A stretch of DNA of 64,000 nucleotides, taken from IMG/VR virus record IMGVR_UViG_3300035498_000319, positions 29,314-93,313 of that record; one strand, given 5' to 3'. The notes below the pieces were generated by a model. That model was given only the letters and a program-made list of their open reading frames with translations, did not search any database and was not told the DNA's origin. Positions within the stretch are counted from its first letter, which is position 1; each line of letters begins with the position of its first letter. The stretch comes from a virus. Taxonomy: Duplodnaviria > Caudoviricetes. The position numbers and the translations under genes are program-made. Shown here piece after piece: positions 1 to 9,374 of this stretch.

Positions 1-1
1 G

Positions 2-430
2 TGCGTTCTTATTACAAGATATCCGATTGATAGTTACTTCAATCAATTTCCTTCTAGAGTAAAGATATCTTCTATGGTAGAAACAGAACCTGTAGTTATA
101 GGAGAAACCTTTTATCCGAAATATCCTAAGATACGGCAAAGGGATATCGGTAAAGATACCTCGAATATGTTTATAGATACTCTTCGTATTAGTAATCTGA
201 TGCTGGAAGGTATCGGAGGAGATTATGATGGAGACCAATGCACAGTTAAGGGAGTATATAGCGAAGAAGCTAATAAAGAACTTATGGGAGTGATTAACTC
301 CAGAAAGAATCTATTAGGATTGGATGCTAAAGGAGTTCGTGTTTCTGATAAGGAAGCTATCCAATCTATGTATAGCTTGACTAAGATATTAGACGAAGAC
401 AAGAAGAAGATTACTAATCCTGTATTCTAA
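2..430 (+). CDS. RNA polymerase beta' catalytic (double-psi barrel) subunit, C-terminal part; gene starts upstream of the window; possibly the virion RNAP
   Basis: Frame is open from position 2: CVLITRYP...LEGIGGDYDGDQC, giving the RxP and DxDGD Mg-binding motifs. The virion assignment is inference. Confidence 0.85.
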   Translation, partial: CVLITRYPIDSYFNQFPSRVKISSMVETEPVVIGETFYPKYPKIRQRDIGKDTSNMFIDTLRISNLMLEGIGGDYDGDQCTVKGVYSEEANKELMGVINSRKNLLGLDAKGVRVSDKEAIQSMYSLTKILDEDKKKITNPVF

Positions 431-439
431 GAAAATAAT

Positions 440-469
440 AGAGAGAATAGCTTTAGCTATTCTCTCTTT
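440..469 (+). terminator. intrinsic terminator
   Basis: agagagaatagc-ttta-gctattctctct followed by T. Similar hairpins follow most operons in the window. Confidence 0.7.
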
Positions 470-475
470 GAGTTA

Positions 476-483
476 TATATTAT
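476..483 (+). promoter_or_regulatory. early-type phage promoter motif TATATTAT (representative copy)
   Basis: Same motif, usually preceded by aatt(a/g), upstream of genes at 2221, 5026, 18514, 26671, 28676, 29806, 32926, 33940, 42562, 45691, 49774, 52112 and 54466, with variants at 35236 and 38746. Resembles AR9/phiKZ early promoter consensus. Confidence 0.75.
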
Positions 484-523
484 AATGATGAAGACAATAG
501 AATAATTTAAGGAGGATATTAAA

Positions 524-811
524 ATGAACGAGATTATATCTAATATGTTTAAACTAAGCTGCATACTATACGCAATTGTAATGGGGATTCCTACATGTAT
601 ATTTATAGGACTCTTAATAGCAAATATAATACATGGATTTGAAACAGACTTCGGAATCTTATGGATGATAAAGACATTCTTAATAAAAGAAAAGAATCTT
701 CAATTCCTATTATTCATATATTGTATTGGAGCTGTGGTAACTGCATTTTTGTTTTTCGCGGTTACCGGAGTATTAATACTATACGCGGAGGTGACTTCTT
801 GTGCTATATAA
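524..811 (+). CDS. small membrane protein (2 TM)
   Basis: AGGAGG RBS; two hydrophobic segments. Confidence 0.7.
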   Translation: MNEIISNMFKLSCILYAIVMGIPTCIFIGLLIANIIHGFETDFGILWMIKTFLIKEKNLQFLLFIYCIGAVVTAFLFFAVTGVLILYAEVTSCAI

Positions 812-1022
812 TATATGGTGTTTCGTAGAGTTGTTGCTGTATATATTGCTAATGTATTTCTCTGCAACTCAAATATCATCAGTTACAATTCTAGTCTGTG
901 GTGATTTTGAAAATGTAGATGCTAAAGTAGCTTGCTTCGTAATCGTAATAAAATTCGTAGTATTAATAATTGCCGCAATAGGAGTTGTAGTATCTATCCA
1001 TAGAATAAGTTTATTATGGTAA
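801..1022 (+). CDS. small membrane protein
   Basis: GGAGGT RBS; hydrophobic; ends RISLLW. Confidence 0.65.
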   Translation: MLYNIWCFVELLLYILLMYFSATQISSVTILVCGDFENVDAKVACFVIVIKFVVLIIAAIGVVVSIHRISLLW

Positions 1023-1036
1023 GGAGGTAATTCTAT

Positions 1037-1213
1037 ATGCTAAGCACAATAGCTACTATACTAGCAACTATGGTAAGTAATAATGAAAACTCCGATGAAA
1101 TAGATACAAACGATATTGAAGATGATATAGAATTCTTTTCAGAATCTATATCACTCGTAGTCGTTGTTACGGGAATCATTGCATTAGGCTGTAGATTGAC
1201 TCTAATATGGTAA
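1037..1213 (+). CDS. small membrane protein, 58 aa (not in ORF track)
   Basis: AAGGAGGT RBS; MLSTIATILATMV...GCRLTLIW*; C-terminus resembles the preceding ORF. Confidence 0.65.
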   Translation: MLSTIATILATMVSNNENSDEIDTNDIEDDIEFFSESISLVVVVTGIIALGCRLTLIW

Positions 1214-1253
1214 ATTAAGAAAGATAGCTAAACAGCTATCTTTCTTTTTTAAT

Positions 1254-1327
1254 TGGAGCAGGTAATCAGGATCGAACTGACAACCTCACCTTGGAAGGGT
1301 GATGTGTTACCATTACACTATACCTGC
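1254..1327 (-). tRNA. tRNA-Gly (anticodon TCC), CCA encoded
   Basis: Reverse complement GCAGGTA...TCACC-CTTCCAA-GGTGA...GTTCGATC...TACCTGC-T-CCA folds as a cloverleaf; late-type motif upstream at 1333-1344 (-). Confidence 0.95.
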
Positions 1328-1390
1328 ACATCTAATATTTAGTTACTAAGTTAATTTTTTACTCTCGAAATGCAAATTTAATGAGAAAGT

Positions 1391-1402
1391 AACAAACGAT
1401 TA
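1391..1402 (+). promoter_or_regulatory. late/middle-type promoter motif AAC[ACT]-N6-TA (representative copy)
   Basis: Recurs in intergenic DNA at 10801, 13001, 20093, 21677, 27164, 38576, 42971, 48450, 59259, 59937, 62682 and 62917 (+) and at 1333-1344, 18044-18055 and 63970-63981 (-). Matches the AR9 non-virion RNAP consensus AACA-N6-TA. Confidence 0.7.
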
Positions 1403-1437
1403 ATCTATGTACATTGATTAAGTAAGGTGATGACATT

Positions 1438-2217
1438 ATGAAGATGACGTTCAGACAGTATATCGAAAATCCTTTAGGAAAGAAAAACGCGGTTTTCTCT
1501 CAACGGGATATGTACAAAGATTTGTATACTAAGAAATATGGGGCTGTTCTTCTTAGGGAGAATGGTACCTTTGTCACCGAATTGTACTATGATAAAAAGA
1601 CAGATTGTTACTATTGCTATATGAAAATCCCTTCAGAAGTAGTAGAGAAATTCTACTATGATGTAGTGATAGAGTTCTACCCAATAGATGCTACCAATGC
1701 AACAGCAAACGATCTGACGAATTATGGTGCTAGGTTCTGGTCTAATGATCCGGCCTTTGTATTTACTTATCAATACGTATTTTCCAAGAACGAACTATTC
1801 ATCGACCAATTTAAAGCTAAGTCTTCTAAGATTGCTTTAAAGCAAAAACCTGATGAAAGAAATCCTTATGGGATTCCTGGATATGTGAAATCTCTTTATT
1901 TCTGTTATCTTCATATGAAGTCTAGAAGTTTGTTTAATAAGGTTTATTGGAGGCAGAACGCAAGGCCTTATAATCAATTATTGCTTCTAAACAAATTGGA
2001 GAAAGCAGATAAGAAGATTGCAGATAGACAGCGGTTAGGAGCGGAGGTGGCTAAAAAGAAGAGGAAAGAGCAATCTAAATCCTCGACTAAACCTGCTGTC
2101 CAAAAGCCTATTCCGAAGGCTGGTAGTATAGTCAACGTAGTTAAGCCTAAGTCTCCTATCAAGGGAAAGACTAGTACAAATAAGAATACAAATGTGAGGG
2201 TGATAAATAAAAAATAA
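1438..2217 (+). CDS. hypothetical protein, basic C-terminal tail
   Basis: 259 aa ORF with RBS and late-type motif. Confidence 0.75.
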   Translation: MKMTFRQYIENPLGKKNAVFSQRDMYKDLYTKKYGAVLLRENGTFVTELYYDKKTDCYYCYMKIPSEVVEKFYYDVVIEFYPIDATNATANDLTNYGARFWSNDPAFVFTYQYVFSKNELFIDQFKAKSSKIALKQKPDERNPYGIPGYVKSLYFCYLHMKSRSLFNKVYWRQNARPYNQLLLLNKLEKADKKIADRQRLGAEVAKKKRKEQSKSSTKPAVQKPIPKAGSIVNVVKPKSPIKGKTSTNKNTNVRVINKK

Positions 2218-2259
2218 TTATATATTATCTTAGTGAATACCGACAAGGAGGAATTCGTA

Positions 2260-4651
2260 ATGAAAGAAGAAAAACGAGAACTGATAGACCCTTTAGAGTT
2301 TTACGAACATGAAGAGTTTATACCAGTGGACGAGTGGACTCCTACCAAGGAGGAAATGATATTCACAACTACGAAAGGTGCTATTATAGCTGATGTCTCT
2401 GGCTACTTTGGAGACAGTCATCAAAGCGCTAGTAATACCTTTGTAATGAGTCCAAAGCGGTCTTATAATTCCGTAGCTATGCGAGAGCATATCACTTTAT
2501 ATCTGAATTACTTTGAGAGATTCTATGATAGAGATCATCAGCTTTTCTCAACCTATTGCAGAATAAAGTATATGATCGATCATGAGGAAGGATATACGAA
2601 GAGTATGTTCTTCTTTGATCTAATGAAGTATATCATACGTGGTCCGATAGAGATGAAGACCATGAATATGAATGCTGCTAATTATTGCCTTAGCTTGAAT
2701 TATAAGTCCCGTACTAGTTCTTCTCTTCAGTATAATGATGAACATGCTATGCTGATGATGAAGATCTCGGTACAAATAAATCAAATCATTCCTCTTCTAT
2801 GTCATTTCATGTATTCCAGAAAAATACAGAATACGTCTGACTTTTTGTTTGAAATATATGATAAGGTCATAGATGGGTATGATATAGATATCTATTCTAA
2901 ATTGTATGAGACAGCGTATTCCAATGTAATAAGATCCGTCAAGCAGAATCCTATTATATGGGGTAAGCAATCTATTAGAGGTAATGACCCTATAACTCAT
3001 GCAATGCAGTCAGTTCAGAATATCCTGATAAATATTATATGCAAATATGTGTATAATGGGAATTTAATACACCTTGAATTCAGGGCAGCATAATAGCAAT
3101 ATTATGACTGAATTCTCCTTAATTGCTGGGAACTCTCTGAGGAGACAATCAGCAGCTAAGCAATATTATATAAAGAAAGGAAGTGATATTGAAAGTTCAA
3201 CGACTATCGAAAGGATATCTTAGAAGAAATATCTAAGAGAATAACCGAGTAGAGTAGGATAATAAATCCGAAATGGGAGACATCCCTAGTATGGTAAAAG
3301 TATTAGGGATGAAGATATAGTCTAGTCTCCATAGCGATATGGGGTAGTTACGAAATTATAATTCCGTTATCAGGAACACCGGATATCAAATCACCAATAT
3401 CGAATACGAATATGCTTTTGTTGCTCTTAGTAGTAGCAAGAGAGACGAGGATTAAGTTACTACGAATATAACACTAATTTATTCGAGTAGATTCAGTCCC
3501 CTTGATATGGAAACATAACAAGGAAAAACCATTTGAATTGCTGGGAAGCCGTAAAGCCTTTATGCCACAACGGAGCGATTTTTATGCATACGTGAAGGAG
3601 ATGAAAATCTGAAAGAAGTTAAAGGATGCTATATGGGGAAACTCTAAGTAGTAATCAGTAATCGGTAATCAGCAGCTAAGCACAGTGCTGTGCGAATCGG
3701 AAGTTGAATATATTGGATATCTTTAGGACCAGATAGGTGCAAGACCTATATCCAATACCATAATGATTTTAAAATGTAAGCAAAAGATCCTTATGTAAGT
3801 TATAAACCTAATAGACCGGTATAATTACCGGAGGAAGGAGCAAGCGCGCACAAGCACAGACGAAAGTTCAACGACTATCGAAATCTTATTGTATCGCTCA
3901 CTGAGTTAAAGATATAGTAAAGAGAGTAGAGTAGGGTAGTTCAATACTGTAGAGCTATCCGAAGTGGATGGGGCCCTAACGGAGAATGCCGAGGGTTATG
4001 ATATAGTCTATTGTCTGTAGAAATACAGAATGTAAAAAGATGAATTCTGAATTCGATAAATTTGAGTCTTATATTACTAAAGCAGATGCTGCTCTAGCAA
4101 TGCAGAATCAAATAGGTGCTGATGAAGCAATGAAACTAATCAGACAAAGATTTGGACCCTTCGATCCAGAAGAGATAAGATTCTTTAAGAGAAGACTCTC
4201 TGATGAGACTGGAAGGGTTAAGATTAATAGTCTACAGAAGATGCTTGTATTCAATCTATTCTATAAGTATTTTCTGGATACGCAGGCTGTTAATTGTATC
4301 AATCTGGATGATTATATCACTCTTATACTTGCGGCTAGAAAGATTCTAGAAGAGAATGGCATGTATCTACTTGCTGCTATAACCTCTTCTAAAGTTGTAA
4401 GAATGGCTACAAGAAAGAATGTGAATAAGAAAGAACTAACTAAACTAGAAGGCAGTGAAGTCTATACTTCTATTAGAGAGAAGTATAGAAATGATAAAAT
4501 AGAAAAACAAATTCTAGGAATCATTGCGGCTGTCTTAAGTTCCGACTTCGAGTATATCAATTTCCATGATAAAGAAATCGATGGAAGAAGTATAAATGTC
4601 ACGGCTGAAATTGCTTCAGAGGAAATTCTTATGTATGTGAATATGATATGA
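2260..4651 (+). CDS. probable sigma-like promoter-specificity subunit of non-virion RNAP (AR9 gp226/phiKZ gp68 type); spliced from exons 2260-3074, 3353-3452, 4040-4651 (508 aa)
   Basis: Removing two group I introns gives one in-frame ORF (...GNLIHL|NYNSVIRN...SSSKRDED|MNSEFDKF...). The function is inferred from size, early promoter, genomic context and remembered resemblance, not from a search. Confidence 0.55.
3075..3352 (+). mobile_element. group I intron 1 (278 nt, no ORF)
   Basis: P AATTGCTGGGAA, Q AATCAGCAGC, R GTTCAACGACTA, S AAGATATAGTCT; P1 U-G pair at exon end CCT; terminal G3352 restores the frame. Confidence 0.9.
3453..4039 (+). mobile_element. group I intron 2 (587 nt, no ORF, extended P5/P6)
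   Basis: Same P/Q/R/S motifs; exon GGAT pairs with internal guide GTCC; terminal G4039 directly before in-frame ATG AAT TCT. Confidence 0.9.
3712..3760 (+). ncRNA. tRNA-like mini element (acceptor stem + T-arm + ACCA) inside intron 2
   Basis: ATTGGAT/ATCCAAT 7-bp stem; ATAGG-TGCAAGA-CCTAT T-arm; discriminator A + CCA; no anticodon arm. Confidence 0.6.
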
Positions 4652-5092
4652 TTAGACACGTACATAAGAATTATATAGATAAAAATGGACAGTTTACAAT
4701 CTGTCCATTTTTATTTTTTTAACTATAATATTAAAGATATGCGGATATATAGTAAGACTCCTATAAAGTTATTTATCGGTGGGAGCATTGAATTCTGCGA
4801 ATATATCTTTACCACCCGACTCCCGTAGTCAAACTACATTCAAACAAGTCACTCTCAAGTCACATTTTTAAATGGTGGAAAGATTAACGCACTTTCCATC
4901 CATGCACCGAAAAACAGGGTATCATATTTAACCAGAAAAACTCCAAAATTCTTGAATCAATTTTCTCTCTGTCTACTGCGTATTTATCGGCCCATGCATT
5001 TGGGCCGATAAATTCTTTTTAATCATATATTATAGTAATGCCTTAGATATATATTATAACCAAAACAGACAAATAAACGGAGGCGATTAATT

Positions 5093-5521
5093 ATGATTAA
5101 TATATTTAAGAATAGAATTAAAATTGGAGCAAGTTATATACTAGATAAGAATAATTCTCTTAAGCTGTATGAATATGATCCCGTAGTGGTAAGAGTAGTA
5201 AAACGAACCGGCTTTAATAAATATAGAGTTATTCCTGTAGCTCCTGTATTATTACCGGCAGAAAGTGAAGACTCTTATTCCTTAAGGCATTTGGATGTGA
5301 AAAGAGAATTACTAACTAGAATAGATGATTCTAATAAGACTATAGTAGTTAGATTTCCGTCTAATATGCCTGTATTTAGCGATGTAGATATAATAAAGCT
5401 AGATGGCATCGTCAAGTCTACTGAAATGGGATTTGCATTAAATAAATCTCAGATAACCGATTTATCTAAGATTGCTTGTAAGATCGCTTTAGCCCATAGA
5501 ATTGCTAATATAGAGGTGTAA
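5093..5521 (+). CDS. hypothetical protein
   Basis: GGAGG RBS; early motif upstream. Confidence 0.7.
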   Translation: MINIFKNRIKIGASYILDKNNSLKLYEYDPVVVRVVKRTGFNKYRVIPVAPVLLPAESEDSYSLRHLDVKRELLTRIDDSNKTIVVRFPSNMPVFSDVDIIKLDGIVKSTEMGFALNKSQITDLSKIACKIALAHRIANIEV

Positions 5522-5526
5522 GTAGT

Positions 5527-5796
5527 ATGGAAGAGTTAAGAGATCCTATAGTATTTAAAGATCCGGAATCTAAGTTGGAGAATTATATCTCTATGAGATT
5601 ATTGCGTATGGATTTATTAAATCTAAGAAAGTCAGAGAAATTAAGTCAGAAAGATGTATCTTATAAATCCGGTTTATCTATGTCTTGTATATCTGGTATT
5701 GAAAATGATGGATCTGTAAGTCCTTATTTGAAATCCGTTATTAAGTATATAGACGCTTTAGGATATGAGATATGTCTCAGAAAGAAAGAAGTATAG
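5527..5796 (+). CDS. XRE-family helix-turn-helix protein
   Basis: LRKSEKLSQKDVSYKSGLSMSCISGIEN...P.L...KY.DALGY. Confidence 0.85.
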   Translation: MEELRDPIVFKDPESKLENYISMRLLRMDLLNLRKSEKLSQKDVSYKSGLSMSCISGIENDGSVSPYLKSVIKYIDALGYEICLRKKEV

Positions 5797-5800
5797 AAGA

Positions 5801-6853
5801 ATGAATAATAGGAATGAAAGTACTGAAGCATTTGAAGCTTTAAAAGCATACTTGATTAAGAATGAAAATGCTATTATAGCTTCAGGAGGAAGAGAAGTAG
5901 TTAAGAGATGCCACTTCTGTGGTGACTCTAGAGATCTATCATCTCGCCATTTATATATTGGCTTAAAAGATGATGGAAGTATAAAGTATAATTGTTTTAA
6001 GTGCCAATCGCATGGAACTGTCGATGGAGAATTTCTAAGAAATATTGGATGCTATGATGGAGATTTAATCAGAAAGATCATAGAATCATCCTCTAAATGT
6101 ACTTCTAGACAATATATCGATAAAACGCGAATTCATAAAATAGCCAATCCTATACTAACGTATAGAGATGCTCCTGAGACGTATAAAAAACTTGAAAGTA
6201 TCAATAAGCGTTTAGGAGTATCTCTATCTTTAAATGATATTACTAATCTGAGAATAGTATTAAATCTATATGATTATCTAAATGCAAATCATATAGGGAT
6301 TACTAGAGCAAAAGATGTAGCAGATCAATTAGATATGTTCTTCTTAGGATTCTTATCCGTTGGCTTCGATATGATTATTATGAGACGCTTAGTACCAGAA
6401 GGAAAGTTATATTCTGGCATAGATACTCGATATGTCAACTATAATATTTATAATAGTAGATCGGTGAATAAGTTCTATTTTATCCCTACTAAAGTAGATA
6501 CTTTATATCCTATAGAAGTTCATATAGCGGAAGGCCCATTCGATATTCTAGGAGTATATCTAAATACGAATGCTAATAAAGTCAATTCTATATTTGCATC
6601 TGCTGGAGGAAAAGATTATGCAAGTTTGATTAATTTCATTATCATGAGTTCTCAGATTATGAATTTCGATCTCCATATTTATGCAGATAATGACAACTCT
6701 GACAATATATTAATAAAGAATATACAGAGAGTTAGACCATTCTGTAGAAGCGTGATCATACACAGAAATGTGTATGAAGGACAAAAGGATTATGGAGTCT
6801 CAAGAGATCTAATTATAGATCGGGCCTATAATCCAAACAGTATTAATTATTAG
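5801..6853 (+). CDS. DNA primase (Zn finger + TOPRIM)
   Basis: CHFC...YNCFKC zinc finger; IAEGPFD and ADND TOPRIM motifs; start placed at ATG 5801 just after the HTH stop (alternative 5765). Confidence 0.8.
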   Translation: MNNRNESTEAFEALKAYLIKNENAIIASGGREVVKRCHFCGDSRDLSSRHLYIGLKDDGSIKYNCFKCQSHGTVDGEFLRNIGCYDGDLIRKIIESSSKCTSRQYIDKTRIHKIANPILTYRDAPETYKKLESINKRLGVSLSLNDITNLRIVLNLYDYLNANHIGITRAKDVADQLDMFFLGFLSVGFDMIIMRRLVPEGKLYSGIDTRYVNYNIYNSRSVNKFYFIPTKVDTLYPIEVHIAEGPFDILGVYLNTNANKVNSIFASAGGKDYASLINFIIMSSQIMNFDLHIYADNDNSDNILIKNIQRVRPFCRSVIIHRNVYEGQKDYGVSRDLIIDRAYNPNSINY

Positions 6854-6867
6854 AGGAGGAAATCATA

Positions 6868-7296
6868 ATGAGAACCACAGACGAGCAATGCACCTTCACT
6901 ATGAGAAAAACTAGACCAGCAAATAGAGTTAGATCGTTTCCTTTTCTTAACGATATTAACTATAGGTCCATGTATGTAAGCGAAGCTTTAAAGTATTCAG
7001 GAATGGATACTTTACATATAATCAAAACTCTATATTACACCTCTAAGATTTATCTAATTCCTTTACTGATTAAATGCTCAGTAAATGGGACTATCAATAG
7101 TGATAAACTACGTAAGTATAAGAGTGGTAAATATAGGATGCCTACAGAGCTTACATACTATGACTATGAACTAAATGGAAAAGGATATAGATTAGATTTT
7201 AGATATGACTGGCTATATAAAGATAATAAAGAAGAGGTCAGATACGACTATAAGAAGGATAATATCCGATCCTTCTTGCAAAAAAGAGAGAGCTAA
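6868..7296 (+). CDS. hypothetical protein
   Basis: GAGGAGG RBS; 142 aa. Confidence 0.7.
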   Translation: MRTTDEQCTFTMRKTRPANRVRSFPFLNDINYRSMYVSEALKYSGMDTLHIIKTLYYTSKIYLIPLLIKCSVNGTINSDKLRKYKSGKYRMPTELTYYDYELNGKGYRLDFRYDWLYKDNKEEVRYDYKKDNIRSFLQKRES

Positions 7297-7319
7297 CTAA
7301 AGCTCTCTCTTTTTTATAT

Positions 7320-7793
7320 TTATCTTCTTCTCTTCTTTTTTCTGCGTATTACATTGTTAGCAGTTTGATTTGTAGCATTGGTAGTTTCTTCCACAGTCTC
7401 CTCTTCTTCATCCTCAGTCTCTTCCTCTTCTTCTTCGGAAGATTCCTCTTCGGTGACTTCAGGCTCAGTGGAAATTTCCTCTTCTACTGTCTCTTCTTGA
7501 ATTGCCTGGGTTTCTACGACAGTAGAAGTGGACTCTTGAACTACAGGATTCTTTGCAGCTTCTCTAGCAAGTCTGGTCTGAAGATCAGCTTCAAAATCAT
7601 ATCTGAAGTTATTAGTGTTCAGACGTACAGTGGAACCATCAGAGAGCACTTCGTCTACAATAGCTCCTCTACAGAGACACTTAAGAATATTTCCGAGATT
7701 CATCTTAATCTTAGTATGTACCCCATAGATAGGAGGCTGAACATTCTTTACAGGAATATTAGCCTTAATATTTACAGTCTTAATTACAGCCAT
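7320..7793 (-). CDS. hypothetical protein with poly-Glu tract and basic C-terminus
   Basis: GGAGG RBS; E-rich region followed by RRKKKRRR. Confidence 0.75.
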   Translation of the reverse strand: MAVIKTVNIKANIPVKNVQPPIYGVHTKIKMNLGNILKCLCRGAIVDEVLSDGSTVRLNTNNFRYDFEADLQTRLAREAAKNPVVQESTSTVVETQAIQEETVEEEISTEPEVTEEESSEEEEEETEDEEEETVEETTNATNQTANNVIRRKKKRRR

Positions 7794-7795
7794 AT

Positions 7796-7936
7796 TTAAA
7801 TCTCCTCCATAGTAGAGCTATAGTCATCGTCTTCTCTATCGAGAACATCTACAAATTCATAGTCTTCATCGCCAACTACTTCTTGAAACATATTTAGCTT
7901 CAGGTCTTCATGAAACAGTCTTTCAACGTCATTCAT
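7796..7936 (-). CDS. small acidic protein, 46 aa (not in ORF track)
   Basis: AAGGAGG RBS; MNDVERLFHEDLKLNMFQEVVGDEDYEF...MEEI*; fills the operon gap. Confidence 0.65.
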   Translation of the reverse strand: MNDVERLFHEDLKLNMFQEVVGDEDYEFVDVLDREDDDYSSTMEEI

Positions 7937-7962
7937 AATAGATTCCTCCTTAATAAAGTTAT

Positions 7963-9192
7963 TTAGTTGTTTTCGGATGTCGTGCTTAACACATTATTTT
8001 TTAGATAGGAACTCAGAATAAAGATATATATAGGAATCAGATAGAAAGCTGATTGCTCATCTGCTATATCTAAATCATGAACGCAATCTGCAACAAACTG
8101 AGTCATATAATCTTCATCATCATTCATATAAGAAATCAGCACATTATATATCTTTTTAGAACTATTATCATCAAATAGCTCATTATCTAGAATGTGTTGA
8201 ATAACTTCTTCATCTAGTACAGTGAATCTAGTCTTAAGAGTATCTTTATCATTATACTTAATCTGGTAATAGTCTTGCAGTCTATTTACGAATAGAGAGT
8301 TAGCATCAGTAATCAAATCTGCTGTGGCAAATACAAGATTACCAAAGCATTTCAAGTCATGACTTTCTATAGCATATAAGAAAGACTTAGAGTACTCATA
8401 ACCGAAGAAAGGACTTACATATGTCTGATGTCCTACATACATATATTTATCTCCATATGACATAAGACTATTTCTTCTAATGAACTCTATTAGATATGGA
8501 TCATAGAAGTTCCATGTATCTCTAAACTTAAATACAAAAGTTTGTACTCTTGAATCATAGAATAGAGAATTATAATAGTTTACAAGAGATTCTTGTAGTT
8601 CTTCTATAGAAGTAGCTAAATTATATTCTTCATCTGAAATGAGACAGTTAAATTCTGTCCCTACATATTCTACAATGAATTTATATGTAGCTACTACTTG
8701 GTCTTTAATCTTCTCACTATTATCCACCAATTCAAGATGGAATTCTATCTTATAGATATTGGCTCCAGTATCCAATGTATCTGGAGATACAGAGTCTACT
8801 TTGAATAATAGATCTTCTTTAATATAATTTATAGAAAAGAAGTCTCCTGGCAATGGCTCTATTGTATTAGGAAGAATAGTGCAATCTCCAGAAATAGCAT
8901 TAGCCTCTACTCCATTATCTCCAACATCATATTCTACTGTAATATCAGGAAGTCCATAGAGAAGGAACTCGTTGATTTGATTAAATTTAATAGCAGACTG
9001 ATCTGATACATGAGCATACTGCATATGAGACGCCCTATCAAGAGTAGTCTTCTTTATATTTTGCTTATAATAGGTTACAGGTGTAGGTTTCTTATCCGAG
9101 AATAAATAATACGGGTTATTCAATTTACTCTTACTACTCTCTACGAGACTATTAAGAGTATTGAGGTATGATGTATTTGTAAAACTACCCAT
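7963..9192 (-). CDS. hypothetical protein, possibly virion structural
   Basis: 409 aa; AAGGAGG RBS; late-type motif upstream; function inferred only. Confidence 0.6.
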   Translation of the reverse strand: MGSFTNTSYLNTLNSLVESSKSKLNNPYYLFSDKKPTPVTYYKQNIKKTTLDRASHMQYAHVSDQSAIKFNQINEFLLYGLPDITVEYDVGDNGVEANAISGDCTILPNTIEPLPGDFFSINYIKEDLLFKVDSVSPDTLDTGANIYKIEFHLELVDNSEKIKDQVVATYKFIVEYVGTEFNCLISDEEYNLATSIEELQESLVNYYNSLFYDSRVQTFVFKFRDTWNFYDPYLIEFIRRNSLMSYGDKYMYVGHQTYVSPFFGYEYSKSFLYAIESHDLKCFGNLVFATADLITDANSLFVNRLQDYYQIKYNDKDTLKTRFTVLDEEVIQHILDNELFDDNSSKKIYNVLISYMNDDEDYMTQFVADCVHDLDIADEQSAFYLIPIYIFILSSYLKNNVLSTTSENN

Positions 9193-9374
9193 AGTTCTAT
9201 AACCTCCTTTACACTTAATTATAAGTTGTCTATGCCAAAATGAGTGGTTTTGTATTAATCTAAGAAGTATATAAACATATATTTAATCCATACCTCCTAT
9301 GGATGACGGTTTTCTTTCTTGTGTTTCCTAAGATATAATTACAGAGTGGTTTTATACCACTCTGTAATCTCTTT

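Noticed and set aside
2233-3093. Stand-alone 286-aa ORF and separate ORF 4040-4651
   Set aside because: They are exons of one gene; the apparent C-terminus EFRAA* is intron sequence.
3453-4039. Homing endonuclease ORF in the longest intron
   Set aside because: No ORF of 60 aa or more in the track and no LAGLIDADG, GIY-YIG or HNH motif seen.
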